Assembly: GCA_024401395.1 (NCBI GenBank)
Contig: JAKSLD010000002.1
Location: 29,939 to 93,938 of the forward strand
Length of the DNA: 64,000 nt
Reading direction: 5' to 3'
Origin: Bacteroidales bacterium
Lineage (GTDB): Bacteria > Bacteroidota > Bacteroidia > Bacteroidales > Marinilabiliaceae
Under the pieces are notes generated by a model. It did not search any database, had not been told where the DNA came from, and saw only the letters and a program-made list of their open reading frames with translations. Made by a program: the position numbers and the translations under genes. This document shows, in pieces, positions 1-9,294 of this stretch (the stretch's first letter is position 1; every line of letters begins with the position of its first letter).

Positions 1-86
1 ACAACTTGCACGAAGTAGCGCACAAAGAAGTCAAAGCCAAAACGAAACTAAATACCTTATTCATGAAATATTACGATTGATTGATT

Positions 87-260
87 TTACTTAAACTGAT
101 TCAGTTCCTTATTATACTCGTAACCAATGGCACGAAGTTTCTCCACAATTTCGGCTGAATCGATATCGAGGACATCACACAACTCTTCGAAAGAGTCAAA
201 TTCGTCACGGAGTTTCATATTTATGAAGCTCAATAACATCTCTGGATTTTGAGGAATCAT
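87..260 (-). CDS. Small DUF4250-like protein (57 aa: MIPQNPEMLLSFINMKLRDEFDSFEELCDVLDID...YEYNKELNQFK), divergent from the sensor gene
   Basis: Not in the ORF track because it is under 60 aa. Reverse-strand ATG at 258-260 and TAA at 87-89. The conserved pattern MLLSF.N..LRD....EELC..L......I..KL..I.YEY matches, from memory, the Bacteroidetes-specific small protein family DUF4250. Confidence 0.5.
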   Translation of the reverse strand: MIPQNPEMLLSFINMKLRDEFDSFEELCDVLDIDSAEIVEKLRAIGYEYNKELNQFK

Positions 261-321
261 TGATTATTAACGTTAAATCGGCACAAAGATGTAAAAAAAT
301 ATCATTACTTCGGACAATAAT

Positions 322-358
322 GACTAATTTCGCAAAAGACTGATTAAATTCGCAAACA
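322..358 (+). promoter_or_regulatory. Tandem ~20-bp direct repeat (TGACTAATTTCGCAAAAGAC / TGATTAAATTCGCAAACATA) 20-55 bp upstream of the sensor/AraC gene
   Basis: Two adjacent 20-mers share 15 of 20 positions. AraC-family DNA-binding domains commonly bind direct-repeat half-sites. Confidence 0.3.
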
Positions 359-378
359 TATTATCAACATAATTACTT

Positions 379-3300
379 ATGCGGCTATTATTATTATGCG
401 CTCTACTCATATTCTTCGTTGATTTGACTGGTGCTCAGGAATACGGTTTCAGGCACCTATCGAAGGATGATGGTATATCGCATGACCAAATAAACGACAT
501 ATATCAAGACTCTGAAGGCTTCATGTGGATTTCTACCGCGTGGGGGCTCAACCGTTATGACGGGTACAGAGCCAAGCAATATCACTGTACCACGACTGAC
601 AGCACGACTATCAGGAATAATTTTGTACAGTGGACTCGAGACATTGCGAACCACAAGATGTACGTCCGCACAGCCACTGGCGACTGCATATACGACAAAA
701 CGACAGACACTTTCTCGTATGATGTAGCAAAATATGTACCAGCTGGCGGGTATGAAGGAGCCATACAGACATACGTTGACCAGCACCATAATGTATGGGT
801 AGCCAACAACAACGACCTATATGTCTCTATAAACAGCGAGACAGAGTTGATATTGGTCACACCTACCCTTGCCATAGAGTCTGAAATCACAGGCATAACA
901 GAGAACAATCACCAGCTAGTATTCGCCACGAAAGAGGGACAGATAGGAGCTGTAGACCTATCGAATTTCGACACGACACTACGAGGAGGCATTGTTGCGG
1001 AGATTACAAAGAGCACCTTAGCTGAGGGTCGCAATAAGCCATTCATTGACAACGAAGGCGAGTTTTGGTTTGTGAACCGAGATGCTCTAGGCTTGTGGAG
1101 GTACACCCCAAGAACAAACAAATGGTCGTACTACAACGACTCACCTAACAGTCAGTACAATATTCCAGCATATTTGATAAGGCAGATTGCCCAAGACAAA
1201 AGCGGCATATTATGGCTTGTCACAGACCATGCGGGTGTAATACTTATTGACAAAAAAGAAGAAAAGACCACAGTTCTGAGACACAAAGAAACAGACGCGC
1301 GTTCGATATGCAGTGACGCGCTCAACTGTATATTCTGCGACTATAACGGTACCATATGGATTGGCTACTACCAGTCGGGTTTTTCATATTACAATCCATC
1401 CAACTTTAAGTTCGGCGTTGACAGACTTGGGCAGTTGAAGCGACTAGACCCTGGATTCGTATCAAATATCACAACGATTACAGACGACGGCAACGGTCAT
1501 ATCTGGATGGGCACCAACGGCAGCGGTCTTGCCTGCATAGACCTGAACAACGAAAACAACTGTAAGATATACCGCCACAATCCTAAAGACGATAATTCAC
1601 TTCCTTCGGATGTGATTGTAGATCTTGAGATTACCAAAGACGGCAATTTATGGATAGGCACCTATCTTGGAGGTCTGTCTATATTTGACGGCAAGAAATT
1701 CACCAACTTCAAAGACAAGGCCAATATCCCAGCAGCTGTATCGTGTCAGAATATATGGTCGATACAACAGACTAAGAACGAGACGGTATGGGTTGGATCC
1801 CTGACTAAAGGTATTGCGGCATACGACCCTAAGACGAAAAAATTCACGGAATACACCCGAGAGAACGACCATCTTATATCAGACTATGCCGGATGTATGG
1901 AGCCCATTGCAAACAGCAACAGCCTATACGTCGGTACAGAGCGAGGCATATACCTTATTTCATCCAACTCAACCAACCCGAATATACGTGAGATAGACAG
2001 CGATAATCAGTTCCCAATATTACACGAACAGATACACGACCTGCTTGAAGATTCACGAGGACTGTTATGGGCAGGCACACGAGGCGGTCTGTGCGTATAC
2101 AACCCTGTAGAGAACACCTGCAAAGAATTCAAGATACATTCTTCGAACATAAACGGCTATGTATCAGCGATAGAAGAAGACAACATGCACAATATATGGG
2201 CGACCACAGCAGAAGGTCTAACATATATTCGTGTGACACCTACACCTGCGCAAGAACTTCCATATCGTTTTGACCAGTACAAATATACCAAAGATGATGG
2301 ACTAGAAGATGGTACATACAACCATAGATCCATGCACAAACTACCTGATGGCCGTGTACTCATTGGTCGTTCGTTTGGTCTTTCCCACTTTATGCCGAAC
2401 AATCTACACCTGAACCAAGAGCCACCAGAGGTATATTTCACGCTTTTGCGCATATTCGGAGAAGAAGCCAAGCCTTTGAAGACCATATATGATGCCATGC
2501 CACTGCAGAAACAACTGTATTTGTCAAAAGAAGGGTTTGAGTTGCCATCAAGTGCATCCATGTTCACTGTAGAATTCTCTACATTGAACTACATATTGAC
2601 ACACAAGACGACATACACATATCGTCTGGAAGGCTTATCGGACAACAGGATAGTAACGAACAAAGCAGAAGCGACATTCACGAACCTGCTTCCTGGCAAC
2701 TATACATTATATGTAACGGCGACAAATGCAGACGGTTATACAAACAACCATGAATACGCATTGCCTATACGCATATTGCCACCTTGGTATGCATCGACAA
2801 TAGCTTTTGTAATATACCTACTATTATTTGTACTATTCGCATGGTGTGCTGTTCAAACGTGCATCTTCCTCATGCAGACAAAGTATGAAAAGCACTCGAA
2901 ATACGACCAAGAGATACGCAATGGTATAATGCAAGAGCAAAAAGAGAAGTTGTTCAGCAACATATCGCGTGATTTCGACGAGCCTATCAAAGAGATGATA
3001 CAGCCGCTACAATCACTAAGAGAAAAGGCTGGAGAGAACTGCCTGGAAGAGATAAACCAAATAGAGAAAAATGCCAAACGTATTCAGGAGTCGATGGCTC
3101 ACATACTGAATCTCGATATCGTATCATCTTCGAAAAAGCGACTGAATCCAGAAAGGCTAGATATAGTTGCACATATCAAGCAACTATACAAAACTTTCGA
3201 GAACAAAGAATCTCAGGATATAGAGTACACCTTCTACTCATCACAGCCAAATATCATAATGGACTTTGACCCCGAGAAGATTTCGACTGCCATATCACAG

Positions 3301-3984
3301 ATAATTACGAACGCATCTAAATATACGCCAGCATTCGGTCAGATCTCGTTATCCATTGAGGCCCAGCCAGAAAGCGTATCTATTATCATTACAGACACAG
3401 GTGTAGGCATCTCGAAGAAGTATAAAAAGCACCTATTCGACAAATTCTACCAGACACCATCAGCCGACAATAATTCGGGATATGGCATAGGTCTGCACGT
3501 AGCTAATGAGCTGATAAAGATGCACAACGGCACGATATCGGCAGAAGACAACCCTAGTGGGCAAGGGTCACAGTTTGTCATTGTACTTCCGTATGTACAA
3601 TCTGGCACAGTCATGAATGACGACAACACATCGTTCATTAGTGAAAAACCAGATGAAAACGACAAAGATCTGATAGAAAATGCTAAGAAGCAGATAGAGG
3701 AGAATATACTTACAGATTTCTCAGTAGAAGATCTTGCTAGAAATTTACGTATCAGCAGAGTACAATTATATAAGAAAATCACATCGTACACAGGCAAGAC
3801 ACCTGTAGAATTCATAAGACAAGTAAGGCTGCATCATGCGGCAGAGCTGCTAAAATGGCAAAAGAAGTCAATATATGACATAGCGAAATCATCAGGATTC
3901 AGCAATGTGGACTATTTCGAGCAATACTTCAAAGAAGAGTTCGGAGCCAGTCCGGAAGAATACAGACTGAGGCAGCAACTCTAG
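379..3984 (+). CDS. Hybrid two-component-system-like sensor/regulator: periplasmic beta-propeller plus Y_Y_Y sensor, a single TM, HisKA-like region, HATPase_c and a C-terminal AraC-type HTH. There is no receiver domain and the H-box is degenerate
   Basis: 1201 aa. Signal peptide, then about 800 aa of a repeat-rich periplasmic region typical of Bacteroides HTCS. TM segment WYASTIAFVIYLLLFVLFAWCAV. N-box QIITNASKYTP, G1 ITDTGVGIS and G2 GYGIGL are intact. AraC HTH is present (DLARNLRISRVQLYKKITSYTGKTPVEFIRQVRL...). Only ~25 aa lie between HATPase and HTH, so there is no room for a REC domain. The expected H-box FxxxSHELRTPL reads FSNISRDFDEPI (His replaced by Arg). Confidence 0.85.
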   Translation: MRLLLLCALLIFFVDLTGAQEYGFRHLSKDDGISHDQINDIYQDSEGFMWISTAWGLNRYDGYRAKQYHCTTTDSTTIRNNFVQWTRDIANHKMYVRTATGDCIYDKTTDTFSYDVAKYVPAGGYEGAIQTYVDQHHNVWVANNNDLYVSINSETELILVTPTLAIESEITGITENNHQLVFATKEGQIGAVDLSNFDTTLRGGIVAEITKSTLAEGRNKPFIDNEGEFWFVNRDALGLWRYTPRTNKWSYYNDSPNSQYNIPAYLIRQIAQDKSGILWLVTDHAGVILIDKKEEKTTVLRHKETDARSICSDALNCIFCDYNGTIWIGYYQSGFSYYNPSNFKFGVDRLGQLKRLDPGFVSNITTITDDGNGHIWMGTNGSGLACIDLNNENNCKIYRHNPKDDNSLPSDVIVDLEITKDGNLWIGTYLGGLSIFDGKKFTNFKDKANIPAAVSCQNIWSIQQTKNETVWVGSLTKGIAAYDPKTKKFTEYTRENDHLISDYAGCMEPIANSNSLYVGTERGIYLISSNSTNPNIREIDSDNQFPILHEQIHDLLEDSRGLLWAGTRGGLCVYNPVENTCKEFKIHSSNINGYVSAIEEDNMHNIWATTAEGLTYIRVTPTPAQELPYRFDQYKYTKDDGLEDGTYNHRSMHKLPDGRVLIGRSFGLSHFMPNNLHLNQEPPEVYFTLLRIFGEEAKPLKTIYDAMPLQKQLYLSKEGFELPSSASMFTVEFSTLNYILTHKTTYTYRLEGLSDNRIVTNKAEATFTNLLPGNYTLYVTATNADGYTNNHEYALPIRILPPWYASTIAFVIYLLLFVLFAWCAVQTCIFLMQTKYEKHSKYDQEIRNGIMQEQKEKLFSNISRDFDEPIKEMIQPLQSLREKAGENCLEEINQIEKNAKRIQESMAHILNLDIVSSSKKRLNPERLDIVAHIKQLYKTFENKESQDIEYTFYSSQPNIIMDFDPEKISTAISQIITNASKYTPAFGQISLSIEAQPESVSIIITDTGVGISKKYKKHLFDKFYQTPSADNNSGYGIGLHVANELIKMHNGTISAEDNPSGQGSQFVIVLPYVQSGTVMNDDNTSFISEKPDENDKDLIENAKKQIEENILTDFSVEDLARNLRISRVQLYKKITSYTGKTPVEFIRQVRLHHAAELLKWQKKSIYDIAKSSGFSNVDYFEQYFKEEFGASPEEYRLRQQL

Positions 3985-4001
3985 TTCGACTTATTCGTCC
4001 T

Positions 4002-4898
4002 ATGAAAAAAAACACTACCTTTGCCGAGATGAAACTAAAAAAAGCAACAACTGGCATCGCTACCCTAGTGATGCTACTCAATATAACAACGTCGTGCGTA
4101 GACAATTCTTATGAGGGGGAGCCAATAGCCTCTGTGGGAGACAAGACACTCACCTCGCACGACATAGCGTTGATTCTGCCTTCCAACACCACGAGAGAAG
4201 ACAGTATAGTCATTGTTGACGATTATGTCAGGCATTGGGTACATCAGCAAGTTATGCTACAAAAGGCGCAGATAAACCTTGCTGACGAAGAAAAAGATAT
4301 TCAGGATGCGATAGATCAATACCGCACGGCACTTTTGGTTGACAAGTATCAGCGTAAGGTACTTGACCAGAAATTCCAGCCCAATATCACAGATGCAGAG
4401 ATAGAACAGTATTACAAAGACCAGTCGTCCAGTTTCCTACTCACAGAGAATATAATGATGGGCATGATGGCGGTAGTACCAAAGACAGCACCAAAGTTAG
4501 CAGACATCCGTTCAAAGATTAAGAATATTTCATCAGATAATTATTCTGAGATTGAGCAATACCTATATATTAATGCATCAAAATATGTTATGTCGCTAGA
4601 CAAATGGGTAACTGTATCATCTATGACGCAGTATATACCAAAAGATTTGAACTTCAATGAATTCCAGGCATTGCGATCGCACCAGCTGGCAGAAGTATCA
4701 GACGAGAATAATGTATATATGTTCCTAGCCAACCAAAACATAATGGAAGGTCAGGTTTCGCCATTAGAATATCTACAAGACAAGATATATACCATATTAC
4801 TTAACAAGAAAAAGATACAATTCATCAAGAGTCTTGAAGGAGAACTATATAATGAGGCGATGATGAACAATCAGATAAAATATTACAAGACAAAATGA
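4002..4898 (+). CDS. Periplasmic lipoprotein with a SurA N-terminal-like chaperone domain (PPIase-associated, no parvulin domain seen)
   Basis: Lipoprotein signal (…LLNITTSC). Position immediately upstream of a SurA-like PPIase, as in the conserved Bacteroides arrangement. Weak similarity by eye to the SurA/PpiD N-terminal domain. Confidence 0.45.
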   Translation: MKKNTTFAEMKLKKATTGIATLVMLLNITTSCVDNSYEGEPIASVGDKTLTSHDIALILPSNTTREDSIVIVDDYVRHWVHQQVMLQKAQINLADEEKDIQDAIDQYRTALLVDKYQRKVLDQKFQPNITDAEIEQYYKDQSSSFLLTENIMMGMMAVVPKTAPKLADIRSKIKNISSDNYSEIEQYLYINASKYVMSLDKWVTVSSMTQYIPKDLNFNEFQALRSHQLAEVSDENNVYMFLANQNIMEGQVSPLEYLQDKIYTILLNKKKIQFIKSLEGELYNEAMMNNQIKYYKTK

Positions 4899-6256
4899 GA
4901 CATATATTCTACACAGTCATTTCAATAATATGTATATGTGCATGCAACCTGACAAACAGTGCTGCACAAGGGCGCATGCTAGTTGACCAAGTAGTGGCGA
5001 CAGTAGGCGACGAATCCATATTATGGTCGGATATAGAAAATCAGTATCAGCAAGCCCTTATTGAGGGTATGAAGTACAATGGAGATTTACGAGGCTACAT
5101 ACTAGAACAGCTTCTTGTACAGAAACTGATGGTAAACCAAGCCATACTTGACTCCGTTGAGGTAACAGATGCAGAAGTAGTTGCAGAGACAGACCGAGTC
5201 CTAACCATCTATTCCAACCAGCTAGGCGGACAAGAGAAGCTCGAAGAATATTTTTCGAAGTCATATCAGCAGATACGCAGGGAAAAGATAGAAAGCACAC
5301 GTGCAGAGTTGATTACCAACAAGATGCAGCAAAACATTATTAAGGATATCAAGATTACGCCATCAGAGATACGCAGATATTTCTCAAAGATGTCGCAAGA
5401 CTCGATACCTAATATTCCTGCGCAATATGAGATAGCACAGATTGTGGTATACCCAGAGATTGAGCAAAAAGAGATAGACAGAATAAAGACCAGACTCAGA
5501 GATTTCCAGAAGCAAGTTGCTGAAGGCAGAGACTTTGCGACATTGGCCGTACTATATTCAGAAGACCCAGGTTCGGCTGCAAGAGGAGGAGAATTAGGCT
5601 GGTATTCAAAGAATGGCGGTCTTGTACAAGAATTTGCCACGGCGGCATTCAATCTTACAGAGAAGAACAAAGTTTCAAAAATAGTAGAGACAGAATTCGG
5701 TTATCATATCATACAACTAATAGACCGCAAGGGAGACCGTATGAACTGCCGTCACATTCTGCTCAAGCCTAAAGTATCAGCAGACAGCAGGAAGAAAGCG
5801 CAAGAGTTTCTGGACACGATAAGCAGTCTTATTGACAGAGACAAGATAACTTTTGCAGATGCGGCATTGAATTTCTCCATGGACAAAGAATCACGCTCGA
5901 ATGGAGGCGTCATGATCAGCAGTGACGGTTCGACGAAATTTGCGTTATCCGATATTCCGGCAGCCATTGCCAAGGCCATATCAAATCTGAAAGAGGGAGA
6001 ATATTCCAAGCCATTCCAGATGATAGACGAAGCGCGAGGCAAGGAGACATACAGAATAGTGATGCTCAAGAAGCGACATGAGCCACACAAAGCGAATATG
6101 CAGCAAGACTATGCTATGCTTCAGCGAATCATGGAAAACATGAAGCAACGAGATATGATTGCGAATTGGATCAAGAAGCATCAAAAAGAGATATACATTA
6201 ATATAGCTCCTGAATGGCAAGACACCAAGTTCGACTATCCTGGGTGGATTCACTAA
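4895..6256 (+). CDS. Peptidyl-prolyl cis-trans isomerase, SurA-like (parvulin domain)
   Basis: Signal peptide. Parvulin-type rotamase domain (FATLAVLYSEDPGSAARGGELGW...FGYHIIQLIDRK). ATGA overlap with the upstream gene. Confidence 0.8.
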   Translation: MRHIFYTVISIICICACNLTNSAAQGRMLVDQVVATVGDESILWSDIENQYQQALIEGMKYNGDLRGYILEQLLVQKLMVNQAILDSVEVTDAEVVAETDRVLTIYSNQLGGQEKLEEYFSKSYQQIRREKIESTRAELITNKMQQNIIKDIKITPSEIRRYFSKMSQDSIPNIPAQYEIAQIVVYPEIEQKEIDRIKTRLRDFQKQVAEGRDFATLAVLYSEDPGSAARGGELGWYSKNGGLVQEFATAAFNLTEKNKVSKIVETEFGYHIIQLIDRKGDRMNCRHILLKPKVSADSRKKAQEFLDTISSLIDRDKITFADAALNFSMDKESRSNGGVMISSDGSTKFALSDIPAAIAKAISNLKEGEYSKPFQMIDEARGKETYRIVMLKKRHEPHKANMQQDYAMLQRIMENMKQRDMIANWIKKHQKEIYINIAPEWQDTKFDYPGWIH

Positions 6257-7866
6257 TGTCACCTATAAAAAATATAACACAAGCATTAGTTTGTCTAATG
6301 CTTGTGCTTCTTTGTGTATATACACCTGCTAATGCGCAGAGGAAAGCACCACAGAAAAATGTGCGCATAAAGATAGAGAGAGCCAATTTCCTGAGGCATG
6401 ACGACAAGATAGGAAAAAACACACAGTCGCTCAACGGCAATGTATTACTATCACATGCCAAGACGTTACTCTATTGCGATTCAGCATATATGTATAACGA
6501 CTCAAACACAGTTATAGCATACGGGTCGATACATATTATACAAAATGACTCCATACACCTATATGGAGACAAGCTGACATATCTCGGAAATGACAATTTA
6601 GCCAAGATAAGAGAAAATGTCAGGGCCAACAAAGGAGACACTTGGCTATATGCAGATTATCTAGATTATGACAGACTACAAGACAAGGCATATTTCTATG
6701 ACGGAGGCAAGGTAGTCAACAAGGATAATGTATTGACATCAAAGAACGGCATATATTATCCGAACACAAACAACGTATATTTCAAGGACGATGTTGTAGG
6801 CACGTCGCCTAGATACACGCTCAATTCAGACACACTGCTATACAACACACAATCGGAAATAATAACAATATTAGGTCCGACTACCATCCTTAATTCAGAC
6901 TCCACACTCATAGAATCTACGCATGGATGGTACAACACCAAGACAGACTATGCCAGACTGCTAGATTATTCAACAATATCCAAGAAGACATATTCCCTTA
7001 CGGGACAAGAGATAAACTATAACAAACCTACCGGAGAAGCAGAAGTCAATACTGGCATGATACTAGTAGACTCCGTAGACAATGTCACGCTAAAGGGAAA
7101 TTACGGCAAGTATAACGAGATTACGCAAGAAGCGTTTGCGACCAAGCATGCCACCCTGCTACACGTTTACAGGATGGACACCCTATATGCGCATGCAGAT
7201 ACATTCCATATAGTACCACTTGGGGATACAAGCAGGCTTATCAAGTCATACCACCGAGTAAAATTCTTCAGAGCAGACCTACAAGGGCGGTGCGACAGTC
7301 TGGTATTTGATTTCAGAGATTCAATAGGTACGATGTACAAGGCGCCAATTCTATGGGGGCAAGGCAACCAGATGACAGCGCAAGAGATAAAACTATATAC
7401 GAGAGAGCAAGTTCTATACAAGACAGACCTTATAGAAGCTGCATTCTGCATATCGCCAGAAGCAGACTCATCGGGGTACAATCAAGTCAAAGGAAAGCTC
7501 ATGACAGGGCACATTAAGAACAACGACCTATACAGGATAGACGTGTCAGGAAACGGGCAGACCATATACTATCCGCACGACGACGCCACATTAATAGGAA
7601 TAAACAGGGCAGAAAGTGCGGACATGTCGATATACCTTAAAGAGCGCAAGATCAAGAATATTACGATGCGAGTATCGCCATCGGGCAATATCAATCCGCC
7701 GCTGCTATTAGGAGAAGAAGACTGCAAGTTGAAAGGATTCAGGTGGCTTGAAGAATACAGGCCAAAGACAAAAGAAGAGATATACCTAGAGACGCCGATT
7801 CCAGACGGATTAATGCCACAGATAGACGTCTATGAAGGCTATTCGTTCGACGAACTAGGCGAATAA
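6256..7866 (+). CDS. OstA-like (LptA/LptD N-terminal domain) cell-envelope protein
   Basis: Signal peptide MSPIKNITQALVCLMLVLLCVYTPANAQ. OstA-like beta-jellyroll region with repeated ...GNV.L....Y.D.A.Y. motifs. TAATG overlap with the PPIase gene. The track start at 6214 was trimmed to the ATG at 6256. Confidence 0.6.
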   Translation: MSPIKNITQALVCLMLVLLCVYTPANAQRKAPQKNVRIKIERANFLRHDDKIGKNTQSLNGNVLLSHAKTLLYCDSAYMYNDSNTVIAYGSIHIIQNDSIHLYGDKLTYLGNDNLAKIRENVRANKGDTWLYADYLDYDRLQDKAYFYDGGKVVNKDNVLTSKNGIYYPNTNNVYFKDDVVGTSPRYTLNSDTLLYNTQSEIITILGPTTILNSDSTLIESTHGWYNTKTDYARLLDYSTISKKTYSLTGQEINYNKPTGEAEVNTGMILVDSVDNVTLKGNYGKYNEITQEAFATKHATLLHVYRMDTLYAHADTFHIVPLGDTSRLIKSYHRVKFFRADLQGRCDSLVFDFRDSIGTMYKAPILWGQGNQMTAQEIKLYTREQVLYKTDLIEAAFCISPEADSSGYNQVKGKLMTGHIKNNDLYRIDVSGNGQTIYYPHDDATLIGINRAESADMSIYLKERKIKNITMRVSPSGNINPPLLLGEEDCKLKGFRWLEEYRPKTKEEIYLETPIPDGLMPQIDVYEGYSFDELGE

Positions 7867-7942
7867 AGAGAAAGCGCATACGAACCGCCAAGAATAGTAA
7901 TAAGAGAACTTATCATTAACAATCACGGCGAGAGTAGCGTCT

Positions 7943-7977
7943 GTATTAAGAGAGCGTTAAGAGAGCGTTATAAGAGC
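7943..7977 (+). repeat. Tandem copies of the dispersed intergenic motif GTATTAAGAGAGCGTTA (AAGAGAGCGTTA x2)
   Basis: The 22-mer GTATTAAGAGAGCGTTAAGAGA recurs exactly as its reverse complement at 60624-60645. Related copies lie at 35838-35853 and 44507-44545. Confidence 0.5.
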
Positions 7978-8046
7978 ATCAAGAGTACGGCAGAAGAAAT
8001 CAGGCTAAAAACAGCTAGTATTTTCATAAATTATACATATCTTCTT

Positions 8047-8074
8047 ACCTCTGCATAAAGCAGAGGTATTTTTA
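8047..8074 (+). terminator. Rho-independent terminator (ACCTCTGC-ATAAA-GCAGAGGT followed by ATTTTTA)
   Basis: Perfect 8-bp stem with a 5-nt loop and a U-run, downstream of the OstA-like gene. Confidence 0.5.
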
Positions 8075-8092
8075 TGTTCCTACGTAAGCAAT

Positions 8093-8129
8093 AAAAAAGG
8101 GCTTCCTCATCACGAGGTCGCCCTTTTGT
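8093..8129. terminator. Possible bidirectional terminator hairpin (AAAAAAGGGC...GCCCTTTTG)
   Basis: GC-rich stem flanked by an A-run on the 5' side and a T-run on the 3' side. Confidence 0.35.
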
Positions 8130-8262
8130 CATACACGGAACCAATAACAGTCCCGATATAGACTTAAAATGGAGTATAATTTTAACGGGAATGTGTGGTT
8201 TGATTTGTTGTTTACTGATACAAAGATATAATGGTCATATTTGGTCTCTAGAAAAATGTGAG

Positions 8263-8363
8263 AATTTCGCCCCTCGTACGGCGAAATCAGGAATATAGGG
8301 GCAAAAACAGGAAATGAGGGGTGAAATTCGGATAAAAATTTCGCCCCTAGGGGTGAAATTCGG
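8263..8363 (+). promoter_or_regulatory. Array of inverted and direct repeats (AATTTCGCCCC / GGGGTGAAATTCGG) in the leader of the LytTR-znuABC unit
   Basis: Palindrome ATTTCGCC-N8-GGCGAAAT at 8264-8287. Exact 14-bp direct repeat GGGGTGAAATTCGG at 8318-8331 and 8350-8363. Its inverse AATTTCGCCCC at 8337-8347 sits between them, so two mutually exclusive hairpins are possible. Confidence 0.5.
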
Positions 8364-8406
8364 GAGAAATACTTGGCGTTTTATCAAAAAAGTGTACCTT
8401 TGTGAT

Positions 8407-9294
8407 ATGGAATTTGATGTACAAACACCTAAATATCTACTGAGGAAAGAGAACATCGTGAGGATGATTCTCTTCACTGCGGTGTTTGCGCTTATTTTCA
8501 TAAATACGTATCAGCCCTTCAACTCACGTCAATGGCTTGGCGAGGGCAAAGAGATGAGCGACACGAAATACTTCCTTTTATCATCAATGCTTGTAATAAT
8601 AGGTATGGCTGTAGTTGCAATCAGCCGTGTCATTATGTACAAGAATTACGGAAAGAAGAAACCCGGGAAGGCACAGAGGCAGCTATCGATAGTAATGTAC
8701 GTCTTATGGGTTGCTTTAGAGGTAGTTGCGATGTCATTTACATTTGTAGGGATAGAAAAACTATTCTTTGCAGATACCCGTGACATATTTGAGTTGCTAA
8801 AGATTTCGCTAAAGAACACAGCCTGGGTACTACTGTTACCATACGCCATATTATGGCTATATTTTTCATGGGACGACAAGAACGAAAGGCTGAAAAAAGT
8901 CTATGAAGCCGGCAGAACCCTGATAAACCGAGGCAATCTACTGCCCAGCATGATAAACTTCAGAGACAAGAACGGAGAAGTAAAATTCTCAGTCAAGGCA
9001 CAAGACCTAGTATACCTTCAAGGAGCGGACAACTACTTCCGCGTCAACTACCTAGACGGGCACAAACTGGCGCAAGCCACTATAAGAGGCTCATTATCAA
9101 GCGTACAAGAAGAATTAAAGTCATACAGCATAATACGTTGCCACAGGTCATATCTAGTCAGTGCCCAGCGAATAAAACTAGTAGAAAAGAAAGCCGAGGC
9201 ATTTCAGATAAGACTAGACATACCACAAGAGGTATACCTTCCTGTTTCCAAAACATACGTAGATGACGTATGGCAGCTATTTTCCAACAAATGA
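8407..9294 (+). CDS. Membrane-anchored LytTR DNA-binding-domain protein (no receiver domain)
   Basis: Three to four N-terminal TM helices, then a C-terminal LytTR domain (FSVKAQDLVYLQGADNYFRVNYLDGHKLAQATIRGSLSSVQEEL...IIRCHRSYLVS). Start trimmed to the ATG at 8407; the track extension runs over the repeat array. Confidence 0.8.
   Translation: MEFDVQTPKYLLRKENIVRMILFTAVFALIFINTYQPFNSRQWLGEGKEMSDTKYFLLSSMLVIIGMAVVAISRVIMYKNYGKKKPGKAQRQLSIVMYVLWVALEVVAMSFTFVGIEKLFFADTRDIFELLKISLKNTAWVLLLPYAILWLYFSWDDKNERLKKVYEAGRTLINRGNLLPSMINFRDKNGEVKFSVKAQDLVYLQGADNYFRVNYLDGHKLAQATIRGSLSSVQEELKSYSIIRCHRSYLVSAQRIKLVEKKAEAFQIRLDIPQEVYLPVSKTYVDDVWQLFSNK

Noticed and set aside
8314-8406. N-terminal extension of the LytTR ORF (31 extra codons in the ORF track)
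   Set aside because: The extension runs through the palindromic repeat array and lacks membrane-protein character. The ATG at 8407 is followed immediately by the first TM helix.
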